DNA from: Nemertoderma westbladi
Taxonomy: Eukaryota; Animalia; Xenacoelomorpha
Direction: 5' to 3'
Assembly: GCA_032718475.1 (NCBI GenBank)
Contig: JAUCBJ010004880.1
Location: 1 to 64,000, forward strand
DNA: 64,000 nucleotides
Shown here: positions 37,546 to 49,858 of the stretch, one piece after another
How the letters are laid out: each line of letters starts with the position of its first letter
Position numbering within the stretch: the first letter of the stretch is position 1
Made by a program: the position numbers and the translations under genes
The notes under the pieces: model-generated
The model's input: the letters and a program-made list of their open reading frames with translations, nothing else
What the model was told of the DNA's origin: nothing
Databases searched by the model: none

Positions 37546-40500
37546 CAAGGCCTACTGTACTAAAGGCCGTGCAACCATGCAGCACTGAAGGCTGACTGGA
37601 GGCTGACCTACAATACAGCAATACACAATACTGCAATAGGCTGATAGGGCTGGCTACTGGTATTTGAATTGAATTCTGAGCTCTAACCGGTTTCAGCCCC
37701 AATGGTCATTTTACCTACTGACCTACCCTACCGTAGTGCGATTCGGATTAATTAGGGTTTGGGCCGCCACACTGTAACTGTAACCTGGGCTAAAAAAAAT
37801 TCGAAAAATTGGGGCTGAAACCGGTTATTCCCGAATTCTGGAATTTCAGTAGGCCCACCGACTGACCGATATACAGATATAGGCCTACAGTGTAGAACTA
37901 GAATGCCATTAAAGTGCTGTGTGTTCGGTTGCCGGTCGAATTACGATGGAAGTTCATCCGGTACCTGTAGGCCTACTAAAGAAAACGTCCCGGTTTACCG
38001 GTTACCAACAGACGAGGGAGAACGGCGCCGATGGATTGCAGCTATTCCGAGAGAGAATATCCCAGAAACTAAGAACACGGTTGTTTGTGCAAAGCATTGG
38101 CCATCTGATTTCCCGACTGTTGTGGTGAAAGGGAAGAAGAAACCTATTAATCCACCGTCTGTTTTTCCTTCTATACCCAAAAGTCTTGTTCCTACACCAC
38201 CAGAACCTCCTCGACCAACTAAACGCTCATTATCATCAATACGGTCGTTGCAACCTGATGAAATGGGTCAATTTAGTAAACAAGATGACATTGTATCCAT
38301 TGTAAGCATTATGTCAACTTCCGGTTCCAAATTATTTACGTTGCCGGATGATGTGATAACTTATCGTTGTGGAGATGATATTCATATCCAATCAATAAAC
38401 TATACTGAAGGCATTCCAAAGTTTCTAATCAAACTACAACCTACTTTTTCGTTTAATGCATTTCATTGTGGAGTAGCTTGCTGTATTACGACGCTGAGCC
38501 AGCTACGTATAACAACATTGAATAAGTGGTCTCGTCTGTTAGAAGCTGTTCGGTTTCTTAACAACCTCGAAGTGGATCATAAGAAGAGCATACTGTTGGA
38601 TCACATTGTTACCGCAGGAAAGGCCATTCAACAGGCGTCGACATCTCGTCTTTATTCGATGGAGATGATTGTACGATCATTTGTTTACTTTGCAACGTCA
38701 CGATCAACTTATCAGAAGCTGCGAACCGATTATCAACTACCAAGTGCTCGAACATTGATGTCATTAACTTCTGCTATCAGCCACTTTGACAATGATACGT
38801 TGATTGCATCTATAATTGGAAATATCGACGAGAGACAACGTTTATGTTGCATAATTATAGACGAAATGAAGATTAAATCTGCTCTCACTTATCATGGTGG
38901 GCAAGTGTTTGGTTATGCTGTGAATCAAGACACACGACAGTTAGCAAACTCAATGCTGGCATTCCAAATTAAATGTCTGTTTGGTGGATCTTCATTTTTA
39001 TACAAGTTTTTGCCTGTAGTTGGGTTAGATGCTCAGTTTCAGTATTCGCAGTGTACTCCGATTATGAATGCCTTTGGTGTTCCTGGTGACTATTCTGTGT
39101 ATATTAGTTGATGGAAATCGAGTAAACCAACTATTTTTTAAATCTTTTCCAACTGTACCGGGCAAACCTTGGCTGTCTGTTGAAGGGACGTTTCTACTCT
39201 TTGACTACGTTCATTTATTTAAATGTATAAGAAACAATTGGATAACGGAAAGAACTGGCGAATTGTTTTACAATTATTGTGGTAAGACTGGTGTTGCCAA
39301 GTGGTCACACCTCGTCAATTTGTTTGAATCGGAGAAACAAAGTTTAGTGTACTTGTACTTGTCGCGTTTGAATGATGCTGCAGTCCATCCCAAACCTATA
39401 GAGCGACAGCGCGTAGGGTTGTGTTTGCGTGTTTTTTGCGAACAGACTATCGCAGCATTCGAATCATCAACTGTTATTGACCGTAGTGAAGTTCAAGATA
39501 CTGCCGAGTTTCTTAAAATTATGGTGAGATTTTGGAACATTGTTAATGTGCGAACTGTTGATGCCAATATTCTTACAAGAGATGAGGATCGTGCTGTTAT
39601 AAGATCAAACTCTGATCCACGTTTACAGACATTGTTAGACATCGCTGATATGGCGGAATCAATGACCCACAAAGGTAAACCCCAAGAACGATGTCGAACG
39701 CTCACTAAAGATACTGGCAACGCTTTGTCACATACATGTCGCGGACTTGTGGACTTAGTTCGAAAGCGCTTAGAAACGTGTGAATTTGTTATGATAGGTG
39801 ACCATAACAGCGATGATGTTGAAAGCACCTTTGGTATCTTACGTCAAGGTTCTGGTGGTACGTATTTCATTTACAGCCAGCAAGCATTACTAAAGTCTCG
39901 CATTCTGGATGCAAGGCTTGTACTGGAACTGGGTAATGAGGTCGACGGCACTCTATATCACAGCCACGAATGTGAGAACTGTACAGCTTCACTCAATGAT
40001 GCTGAATTCGAAATTCTAGACAGTCTAGATGAACTTGAAGACTCAATTTCCTGCGATAATAAACAAGCTCTTGTGTATATTGCAGGTTATATAACAAAAA
40101 ATGAGAATGATAATGACGACGAGAAACAATATTACCGACAATATGGCGGTTATTTAAATAGGCTAGACCGTGGAGGTTTGAAGAAACCTAGTGACAATAC
40201 ATGCAAATTTACCTTCTACTGTTTTATACTTTATATTAATTTAAAAACGCCATTTTGCCGTAAATCCCTGTGTTCGTTCTTTACTTATATCTCATCGGCT
40301 CACTCATTTCAAATTTCGCATGAATCGGTACGAAAACTAGTCAACATTTTTATTAAAAACGATTGCATATTAAAAACACCCCGTTCTTCGAAAGAGAGTG
40401 CTCAAAAGAAAATAAAATTATCGGATTCCTATTAGAAACGTTTACTATTATATATAATTGATTATAATTACAAATAACTTAACTATAACTTTATATACAG

Positions 40501-41128
40501 TAGTTATAAATAATAACTATACAATGTACTACTATTGCTATTTAATTTGTGCTACCGCTATATAATGTAATACTTATATTTTGGATTTGTGCTATATTCG
40601 ACATGTAAAGTTGTACTTGAAAATAACCAAATTATTGAAGATATATGAAGATAACATACTTCGTGTCACCTTTTCATTCCTTTCTCTTAGATAACTGTGC
40701 AGAAAGTACTATTTGCAATAAATTGAGACTAATCGCAATGTAAATCAGTTGATCTTTAGGTAAAGGATCTTTTGATTTTCTTTATCTAAAAAGATCAACG
40801 GATCTACAGTACGATTATGACATCGCAAGACACCTTCCTTCCTTTTCTGGATAAATTGAATTTTCACCAAACACCAAATTCTAGTTTCTGACCAACTTGG
40901 TGGTAGATTTGTTGTTTGTGTTCGGATTAAATTGGATTTTAACTATAATCTAACTATAAATGATAATCTAAACTGTAGTATAACCATACCCCTAGTCGAT
41001 TTTTCACAATTATTGATGGTTCTGGTCTGTACAGGCACAATGTATGTTAAAATTGGAGTAAACGTGTTCAGCCTCCAGTGGATCTTCACTGCTGCACGGT
41101 TGCACGGCCTTTAGTACAGTAGGCCTTG
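37546..41128 (+). mobile_element. P-element superfamily DNA transposon, 3583 bp
   Basis: 45-bp TIRs CAAGGCCTACTGTACTAAAGGCCGTGCAACC(A/G)TGCAGCA(C/G)TGAAG; 8-bp TSD GTTTGTCT on both sides. Confidence 0.95.
37903..40435 (+). pseudogene. THAP-domain P-element transposase with a single frameshift near 39080
   Basis: THAP domain (MPLKCCVFGC..W..VCAKHW..PSVF), IIDEM, VDGNRVNQ, FDYVHLFKCIRNNW, SDDVESTFGILRQGSGG, YIAGY, DRGGL. Confidence 0.9.
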
Positions 41129-42075
41129 GTTTGTCTCTATTTATTTTAATGACGGCAGTAAAATTAAGTTTACTTATGCAATTAATATGCAATTAGATTG
41201 ATACGATATTTCACTAATGTTATCGAAGATATTTCACAAAATAAACTTGAACTAACGTCAATAATTTTAGGTGTAATTTAATTATATTTTAGTTACAATC
41301 GCAAATGCTAATAGTAATTGCTAGTTTTCATTTATAACGACTGCATGTAAAATGTTCGAAAACTCTAAGCAAAAGTTATTGCTGTTTTTTGTCGTGATGA
41401 TAATCCGCTTTGAATTGTAGCTGATCACTACATATTTGTACGACGTTGTAACATCTATGCGCCCATAATTAAGCACCACTTACACTACTATAGTCTATTT
41501 ATTACAAATAATGTTATCAATAAGTTTAGCAAACGAATCCACAACTGCTATTCCAAAGTAGTTGCCACAGTATTTTCTCATACCCTTCTTGTACCACTCA
41601 CTATTCAGGGAGTTTGATCTAAGCAAAATTAATTTTGCAAATAATGTTCTAATGAAAATTAAGTAATAAATAGACAGAATAAATACATATTTATTGCTAC
41701 TGCAATATATAATTTATTCTATTCCGAACTTAAAACTTTTTCAACTTTGATAAATTTAGTTTGAAGAAACATTGTGGCCAGCAAAATCGATCCTTTCAGT
41801 TTCGCTATTCGGTGGTGGTAACATCGCCTAACTTGGATAGTGTAGACCTAAGGTTGATCTAGTGATCTAGGGTGGCTTTGGTTTGTGTCTTCTGGGTTTC
41901 ATTGCCAAACAATTTCCCGACTGATCATGAAATGGTTCAAATTTGTTTTTGATAGGATTTAGATGGGATATTTTCGTCTAATTAAGCTGGAATAGGTATC
42001 AGCATCATCTATTTACAGTTGGATTGAGTTCGAATGAGAATGCGAATGAAATAATATTATTATATATATTTGCAG

Positions 42076-42191
42076 GGAATTTGCTAAAGAAAGGCAAAGG
42101 GTTGAAAATCGGCAAAAGTTTTTGAAATTAAGAAGAAAGATGCAACTAGAACGGGAACTTCAGGGATATCTGGAGTGGATAGCTACTGCTG
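42076..42191 (+). CDS. cac: Cav2 exon 8 (I-II linker, AID)
   Basis: cag|[38 protein letters not shown]|gttagt; Cav2-type EFAKER..VENR. Confidence 0.97.
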
Positions 42192-42334
42192 GTTAGTTGA
42201 CATCTGTTATATTAGTTACTGTTGCTTATCTGTTTCCGCCAATCGAAAATGCCAAGAAGTATTGTAGTAATGTCTATGCTGGCCTCTAATTACGGAGGAC
42301 ACCCAACATATCAACACATCTGACTGACACATAC

Positions 42335-42625
42335 ACAAGAATGCTATGTTCACTTTGTGAAGTACAATGCACACATCTCCAACCAGACACTATATAACAT
42401 TGGAGGTGTCCAATTGGTTCCCCCAAGCTTGACACTAGAACGAAGCCGCCTCTGCTTTGCATGACATTGTTTTCGCCGTGAGGACCAACCAGTGCATAAT
42501 CTTGTGCTTTGGCAGCCCCATGGAGTGAATAGGCGTGGTGGACAGTCCATGACTTTCTTGAGACGCATCTTAAAGGGCACTGGCCGTGAAAACTTGGATA
42601 AATGGATAATCTTGCGAAAGTCATG
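42335..42625 (+). mobile_element. RTE LINE 3' fragment
   Basis: Reverse-complement match to 7860-8105 (HNLVLWQPHG..TFLRRILK). Confidence 0.85.
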
Positions 42626-43184
42626 TATACATGCAAGATCTGTATACACAATGACCCGTAACAAATTAGGCCTTCCTTCTTAGTTAGTTAATAATTATTT
42701 ACTTAAAAATTATTAATTAATTATTATCAATTAATTAATATATAATTATTAATTAATTAATTAATTATTAGATACACCGCAAATAAGATATTATTTTACT
42801 TTTAAGATATTATTTTTTTACTTTATTCGATATTACAACCCTATGTGATCGCTGCATCGTATAGTAATTTATTGACAAAGCAGAGTACACTAGTCTCTGG
42901 TGCCTAGCTATTCCGTACTAAGTACTGTTTAAGGTATTACCTGATGCCGGTGTAGGTGGCACTGGAGCCACCTACATGGACATAATAAGAAGTAGTGGTC
43001 TTCAATGTATAATTATTTTCTATAATTGAGATGGTAATAATATATTATACATAGGAAGTAATCCTTTCCCCTAAAGTAATTTTTATGCGTGCATTTTATT
43101 TCAAACTGTTTGATTATACAGTACACAGTACACATTGTTCGATACACACGCTGTCTTAAAGAAAATAACAAAGATGACAGCTAC

Positions 43185-43545
43185 TATAGATGTCTGTCTT
43201 TCTTTTTTGATAACTCTTCAATTACCCTTCTAAGCGCCAGAATTGGCACCACCAAGGTTCCACGACCTTTTTGATACACATTCTGGTTTTCACAACAGTT
43301 TCTCAATAGGATCCCTGATGCGATTTAATATAATTATATTGAATAGCTGTACAGCAATCGAGATCAATGAGATTCCACAAAAAGATCCATAGAGTGTTAG
43401 GTTGCCCTTCTTGGAAACTGGCACCAACTTATTTGTATTAATTTCTTGTGGGACTCCCTCGTCGTTCTGTACATATGGTAAATGAGCCCCAAACACTCTA
43501 GTATTCTAAAGGCCTCAGGCCATCTACCCCACTAGCACGATTAGT
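43185..43545 (-). mobile_element. RTE LINE RT fragment
   Basis: Matches 8890-9265 (TNKLVPVSKKGNLTLYGSF..LNRIRDPIE). Confidence 0.85.
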
Positions 43546-43689
43546 GCGTCGCATCTACAGAGTCTAGCACCTCCCTGGAGTTTAAAACAGCAGGTTGTTT
43601 GCTCGACGCCATCCCGTGTAGCTGATTGTGTCTGAAGCTTAATAAAACCCAGTTCAGAATAGCCATCACCAATCGTCTCGGATGCGGGG

Positions 43690-43980
43690 TCACTCCACGA
43701 CTGTGCTATATGTGGAACAACTGTGGCTCCTAATGGTCTCCATGGCCTTTCTTGTCAACGTAGCGCAGGAAGAATACCATGCCATGCATGGTATTCGAGA
43801 TCTTGCACGAGATTGTTAAACAGGCGCTCACAAGCTGTGGTACACCGTATGTCCTCGAGCCTCCAGGACTCTGTCGATGAGACGGGAAACTGGTGGGACT
43901 GAATATCCTTGGTTCCCTGGTCCAATGGAAAGACTCGAACATGGGACGCCACAATTACAGATCCTCTCACCCCTATTCAC
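43690..43980 (+). mobile_element. CRE-clade non-LTR retrotransposon C-terminal fragment (Zn knuckle + restriction-like endonuclease)
   Basis: CAICGTTVAPNGLHGLSCQRSAGR..LEPPGLCR*DGK..LVPWSNGKTRTWDATITDPL. Confidence 0.7.
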
Positions 43981-44067
43981 CATACCTCACCAGATGAATA
44001 GCTCTTCCCAGTGAATCCTATGTGATTATCTATAAGGTTACTCATTGCTATATATATATATATATAT

Positions 44068-44410
44068 AGCTCTGTATTGTATTGTTATAGCTCGGTATAG
44101 GTCAATGTTAACTCGGTAAAACTAAGTATTAAATTGTTATACCTCGGTATAGGTCAGTATAGCTCTGGTTTGTATTGTTATAACTCGGTAGCTCGGTATT
44201 GTATTGTTATAGCTCGTTATAAGTCGGTATAGCTCTGTATTGTATTGTTATAGATCAGTATAGGTCGGTATAGTACTGTATTGTATTGTTATAGCTCGGT
44301 ATATGTCAGCATAGCTCTGGTTTGTATTGTTATAACTCGGTAGCTCGGTATTGTATTGTTATAGCTCAGTATAGGTCGGTATATCTCTGTATTGTATTGT
44401 TATAGCTCAG
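44068..44410. repeat. Degenerate ~40-bp tandem repeat
   Basis: Recurrent gtattgtattgttatagctcggtataggtcggtatagctct variants. Confidence 0.85.
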
Positions 44411-44555
44411 ATTACTGAATATCCCAAATAAAAAAATTGGTGCAGTTTAAATCAGTGAAATTCGACTCTAAATTTTCAAAACCGCTATTTTTCAGTGACG
44501 CCGTAGTCGAAATGCCACAAACAATAAACAGTCTTTTGTGTGAGTTTGCTTTTAA

Positions 44556-45297
44556 GGGGGGGGTACACCATTTTCGGACAACTCTTCGATTTATCACTCT
44601 CAGCGTTTCAAAATTGTTTGGTTTTGGCTATAATTTGGAATATAGGTGCCTAAGATGCTATTCTACATGACAGGTTAGAAAATTTTTATTTTTCGCTATT
44701 TAATATTAGTTAATACTAGTTAACAACAAAAAAAACTTGGTTGCGCTTAAAACCCTAAGGCTTTTTCAGTTTTGAATCGAATCACATGAAAGTTTTTTTA
44801 TATGATAGATCAAAGATGGGGTAACATAACTGGCATAACATAACATATCAGGCGAAATTTTGTGAAAATAATTCTGCACCGCTAGGTGGCGCTGCAAATT
44901 TATGCCTAATTTTCAGGTTTGTTATAAATAGTATTAAATTTTATTAACAAATAATTTCGAAAAGTTGTCTGATAATTTTATGCAGGGTGGCTATGTAGAC
45001 ACCCACAGAAAGTTTCAGACTAATTGATCAAAAATTGTAGAAGTAGTAGGGTTTTGAAGTTGACAATTTCATAAAAAAAATATTTGGAGATAATCGACCT
45101 TTCATTATACATAGTAATAGTAATTTCAATAGGAATCCCTAAATGGAAATTGTTATAACTTAGAAACTAAAAGAGCTATTAAATAGCGGTTTTCAGATTT
45201 GGAAATACCATTCAATGGTGCATTATAATAGATCATAAAAAAAAATTCGACATATTTTTGACCAAAATGGTGTACCCCCCCCCCCCCCCCCCCCCCC
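44556..45297. mobile_element. Kolobok-type MITE
   Basis: TTAA|GGGGGGGGTACACCATTTT ... AAAATGGTGTACCCCC(n)|TTAA. Confidence 0.88.
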
Positions 45298-45459
45298 TTA
45301 AAATGTTTGCGTACCTGCTTGAGTTTTTGAGATATTGTATGGTTATACATACATACACACAAATCGTGTATTTGAACGGCTCAACTCTTGACAAGAACTA
45401 CCCTGGTTATTTTATTATAATAATAAAATTGTTTTAAAATTACTAGCTAATGTAAAATT

Positions 45460-48065
45460 TAAAAATAACTAGCAACATGTTCCAGAACAATATATTTTGT
45501 AATTTATTTATTTTCTAGAATAGTATATAATATTTACATGGTGTTCTAGAACTCAATTTTTTTGCCATAGTAACATAGATTAAGATTTAAAAAAAAGATG
45601 TAGCGCTGTACGGAACTCTAGGCTCTATAAATATTAAACCATTTAAAAAAATGTAGGCATATAGGGAACTCTAGCAAGTTAAAAAAGGTTTAGAACATTT
45701 CTTTTAATAAATATCTAACATGTTCCAGAGTACAAGTATATTACTAAAGAAAATAGCCTAAAATTAGCTATTAGGAATCATTTTGATAGGATATCGAAGG
45801 GCATTAGCCTCTCCAGCATGTTTCTGGGATGGAATTGACATCAGGGAAGGGCACTACTACAGTATGTGTACCCATGACAGGGATTTTATTTGTAGTAGCT
45901 AGTTTTTGCTACTTTATTTTTAATGTTCTATGTCATATTAGCTATAGTTTTGAAAAAAAAAAATGTTCTAGAACAAATTTTTTTTGTTCTAGAACATTTT
46001 TTTTTTAATTTATAATTCCTAACAATACACCTTAAAATGTTAATCTGTTGCCTTTAAATACTTCAAAATATTATTCTAGAATGTTTTTTAATGTTTACAG
46101 TAGTAGGTTCACTTTAATTGTTTTCATTAAATAAAATGCCGCGTCACGAAAACAAAAAGTGCTCTAAAGATCGAAATATTATTGAGATTTCCAAAGAATA
46201 GTATAAAAGAAAAGTATATAATTTTGAAAAAACTTTTTTTTTAAATAATAGCTAACTTGGAAAATCACTAGCTAGACTGATAATTTGTATTTTAAAAAAA
46301 AAATGTTAAATGTTTATAGATGAATAAACTATTTATTACACATAATAATAAATTTTTAATAAATTTTTTTTATATATAAAAATGTTCTAGAACAAAAAAT
46401 ATTTGTTCTAGAACATAATATTTTTACCTAACAATAGCTAACATGAAATGGAATAGTTCTAAAAAAAAGCAGCAAAAACTAGTTATAGTAAAAAAATATG
46501 GTCATGGGTAAACATACCGTAGTAGTGCCTCAGGGAAGAGATGGGCATCGGTACGGAAGTCTCTTCGCGGCATCCCCTTCCTTCATTTTTGTAGAGAGTA
46601 TTTATTTCCTTTACTATCTTATACATAGCTTTACAAAATCCTATTGCTATGAGACAAAGTCCTACGGCCTCAACTCCAACTCTTACGATGGCTATTGTAG
46701 ATCCATCATCACCTTCTGTATCATCATCATCACTCGCTGCTCCATCACTAACTCCTTGATCACTGCCCACTGGACCACTGCCAATAATAACACTTTCTAC
46801 ATCATTACTTCCATACTCGTAGCTACATTTGGCACCAGAGTCCCCGGTTACGACTACTTCGGGTGTGGTCGACTTTATAGAGTTGATTTTTGCTTTGAAA
46901 CCATTTATTTCGGAAATGTAGGGTGTTGAATCATTGATATCTGTATTTCCAGATTCTCCTTCCATCTTACCGATTTGTAGTTCAATTTTACCCGAATGCT
47001 AATTCAATACAAATTTACATATTACTGCTATTAATTGATGTAGGTGTAGGTATGGAGATATAGTCAGTGATTTGAATGAACTGTGTATTAAAAATGCATA
47101 AATGCGTATTTTACTTTAAAATATCCCCTTTATGGGATACGAGTTCCCCATGTCGACACCCCTGACATATTTTTTTCTATGGTTGTTTTGGCTAGAATTC
47201 CGTATAGCACTACATTTTTAAAACATATCATTGTTATTATGGCAACGTTGAAGATACAATAGAAACGTATTATACTATTCTAGAACATAAACAAAATAAA
47301 AAATAAAAAATATAATGTTCTAGAACATATAGCTAGATTTTTTTTAACTTTAAAATAGCTAATAAATTAAAAAAAAATTTATTTTTAAATAAATTACTAA
47401 ATACATTTAAATTAATATTGATTATAGAATTATTGTATACCGATGTAACTAATTTGTTTATTTATCCATTGGGGATTGGCTTTTATTGGCCTTTAATATG
47501 TCTTGGAATCCGTTTATTTTTCATTTTCATATTTGTTGCCTCCACATATATTTTGTTATTTTTCCGGATAATTTCTCTTCATAGTTAATGCACTTGTCAC
47601 TCGATATTCTGGCGTCGTATATTTTTAATATTTTTCTCCGTACCTGTCTTATAATTGCCTAAATTTGACTTTTGGGCATTTCGCACCCCAAAAATTTTGT
47701 GAAAATTTTTTAATTACTGGCAATTTTAAAATAAATTTGAAATTTGAAAATAACTAGCTAATTGTTCTAGAACATTATTTTTTTTATTATATTTATGTTC
47801 TAGAATAGTGTATAATATTTATATTTTGTTCTAGAACTCTGCAATGATGCCATTGTAACAATGATTTATGTTATAAAAATGTAGTGCTATACGGAACTGT
47901 TACCGTTGTTTTTGACTATATTTGTTCAAATGAATATATATAAATCTAAATATGAATCTATATAAAATGAATAGCTAACATGTTCTAGAATTTATTAAAA
48001 TACTAGTAAAAACTAGCAAGCATGCCTTTTCTAACAAAATGTTAATACAAACGGAACTGTTACCA
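45460..48065. repeat. Complex AT-rich foldback/modular repeat rich in TGTTCTAGAACA palindromes
   Basis: A ~150-bp module occurs at ~45465(+), ~47195(-) and ~47750(+); inverted pair 45850-46005 / 46380-46530; about 13 TTCTAGAA motifs. Confidence 0.7.
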
Positions 48066-48128
48066 AAAAATATAGTGGGAAACGGAAGGAACTATTATTA
48101 TTACTTATTTAACTATGCGTACAATATA

Positions 48129-49073
48129 CACCATGTCCCGTAATATAGTGTCATTTTTTGATGACACGGACCCCCTCCGCCCCCCCCCCCCCCCCCCCCC
48201 CAGATTGTTCTACAAATCTTTATCATATTGCTTGAAATTTGAAATACCACTAGTTCCACTCACCGTCATTGACCCAATGAAGTCGGAATTTTCGATTTTG
48301 CCTTAAAATTCTTTTTATTAGCGTTTTAAAAAAGTGTCTTTTGCGAAATCGCACCCTCCGTATCGTGGCCATTCTTAGCATTAGTCGTAATCATTAGAAA
48401 GCTTGCGTTGCAATGATTCGAAATATGTAACAATAACTGAATTGTAACAAGAAGTATTGTCCGCTGAAGGCCATTTATTCTATTTAATAAATACACAATG
48501 TTCTGGAACAATTTGTTTAATTATGAATAGCTACGCAATAGATATAGTGGATAGGATTACCGCTGTTGCCAACCAACTCATAAAATAAATAACACATTCT
48601 AGAATTTTGTGTATTTATTAAATAGAATAAATGGCCTGCAGCGAACGATAATTCTTGCAATCTTTGAACGCCTATATCTCAGCTGTTTCTCAACGAAATT
48701 CAGATATTTTTACAAATTTGGAATCCTTGCATGGCAAGCTATTTAATGATATGAAAACGACTAATGACCGTTAACGAACGTAACGTTACGTTAGGAACGT
48801 TACGTTGCTAACGAACGTTAATGATACGACTAATGTGAAGAATGTCCAAGATACAGAGGGTGCGATTTCGCAAAAGACACTTTTTTAAAACGCTTATAAA
48901 AATAATTTAAAGGCAAAATCGAAAATTCCGGCTTCATGGGGTCATCGACGGTGAGTGGAACTAGTGGTGTTTCAAATTTCAAGCAATAAGATAAAGATTT
49001 GTAGAAAAATCTGGGGGGGGGGGGGGGGGCGTCTGTGACATCAGAAAATGACACTATATTACGGGACATGGTG
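48129..49073. mobile_element. Foldback MITE with TA TSD, copy 2
   Basis: TA|CACCATGTCCCGTAATATAGTGTCATTTT ... AAAATGACACTATATTACGGGACATGGTG|TA; same family as 24021-24904. Confidence 0.9.
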
Positions 49074-49654
49074 TATATAACTTACAAATGTTGAAGATCA
49101 AGAATGCATTATTAATTTTGTTGGCATGGAGATTAATTTATCATCACTTAGTAATACTAATCCATTAAAACCATCCTAGATAAGATGCAGGAACCACTTT
49201 TCCTACTACTATGTACTTTGATCGGCCTGGTGCCTTTTCAGCGGACCTTAAGTCATTGTACTTCATGGCAGTGTCTTCATGACAAATCCGATAAAAAAAT
49301 TATTGGATGTTATACTCCATTGCCAGAGCTACCATATCACCCTGTTTGCTATGTGCTTTCAGTGTGCGGTCATTGTAGCAATCTTTAGTGTCTTTTTACA
49401 TTTCACCTGGTTGATTCTTCTCTGTTTTCTGTTCCAGTAGCCGATTTTTGACCCCAGCCTGGTGTACCACTGGCGGTCCTTGTTGACCCGGGCGACTTCT
49501 GACAGCTAAACAGGTAGTACCACATTACTGCCATAGTGGTAACAGGATCCGGGGACCCTGACCTGACAGACTACCTGTAGTCAGTCAAGCACCATAATTA
49601 ATTTTAATTTATTTGGAAAAAATAATAAAGAATTTGTATATATTTTTATTTTAG

Positions 49655-49858
49655 ATGAACAACAGCCAGACTCGAAACTAACAAATGAACAGGTAAATAT
49701 GCTGAGAGCTCGCCGAATGGCAATTAGTGTCGCACCAACTGGGAAACCTCTTATATCTATGGATGATGACGATGATGATGATGATGAGGATGATGATGAG
49801 GATACCGAATCACAATCGTACAATAATGACAACGAAGATTCTCCACCATTCCAAAGAT
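49655..49858 (+). CDS. cac: Cav2 exon 9 (variable I-II linker with poly-acidic tract)
   Basis: ttttag|DEQQPDSKLTNEQVNMLRARRMAISVAPTGKPLISMDDDDDDDDEDDDEDTESQSYNNDNEDSPPFQR|gtaggt. Phase 1/1 links exons 8 and 10 in frame; low conservation, so inferred from phase and splice signals. Confidence 0.75.

Noticed and set aside
43903-43911. Second ATATCCTT U12-like donor
   Set aside because: Lies inside the CRE retrotransposon coding remnant (ISLVPW) with no upstream channel exon.
49690-49698. Strong internal donor CAG|GTAAAT in exon 9
   Set aside because: Phase 0, incompatible with the phase-1 acceptor of exon 10; no bridging exon found.
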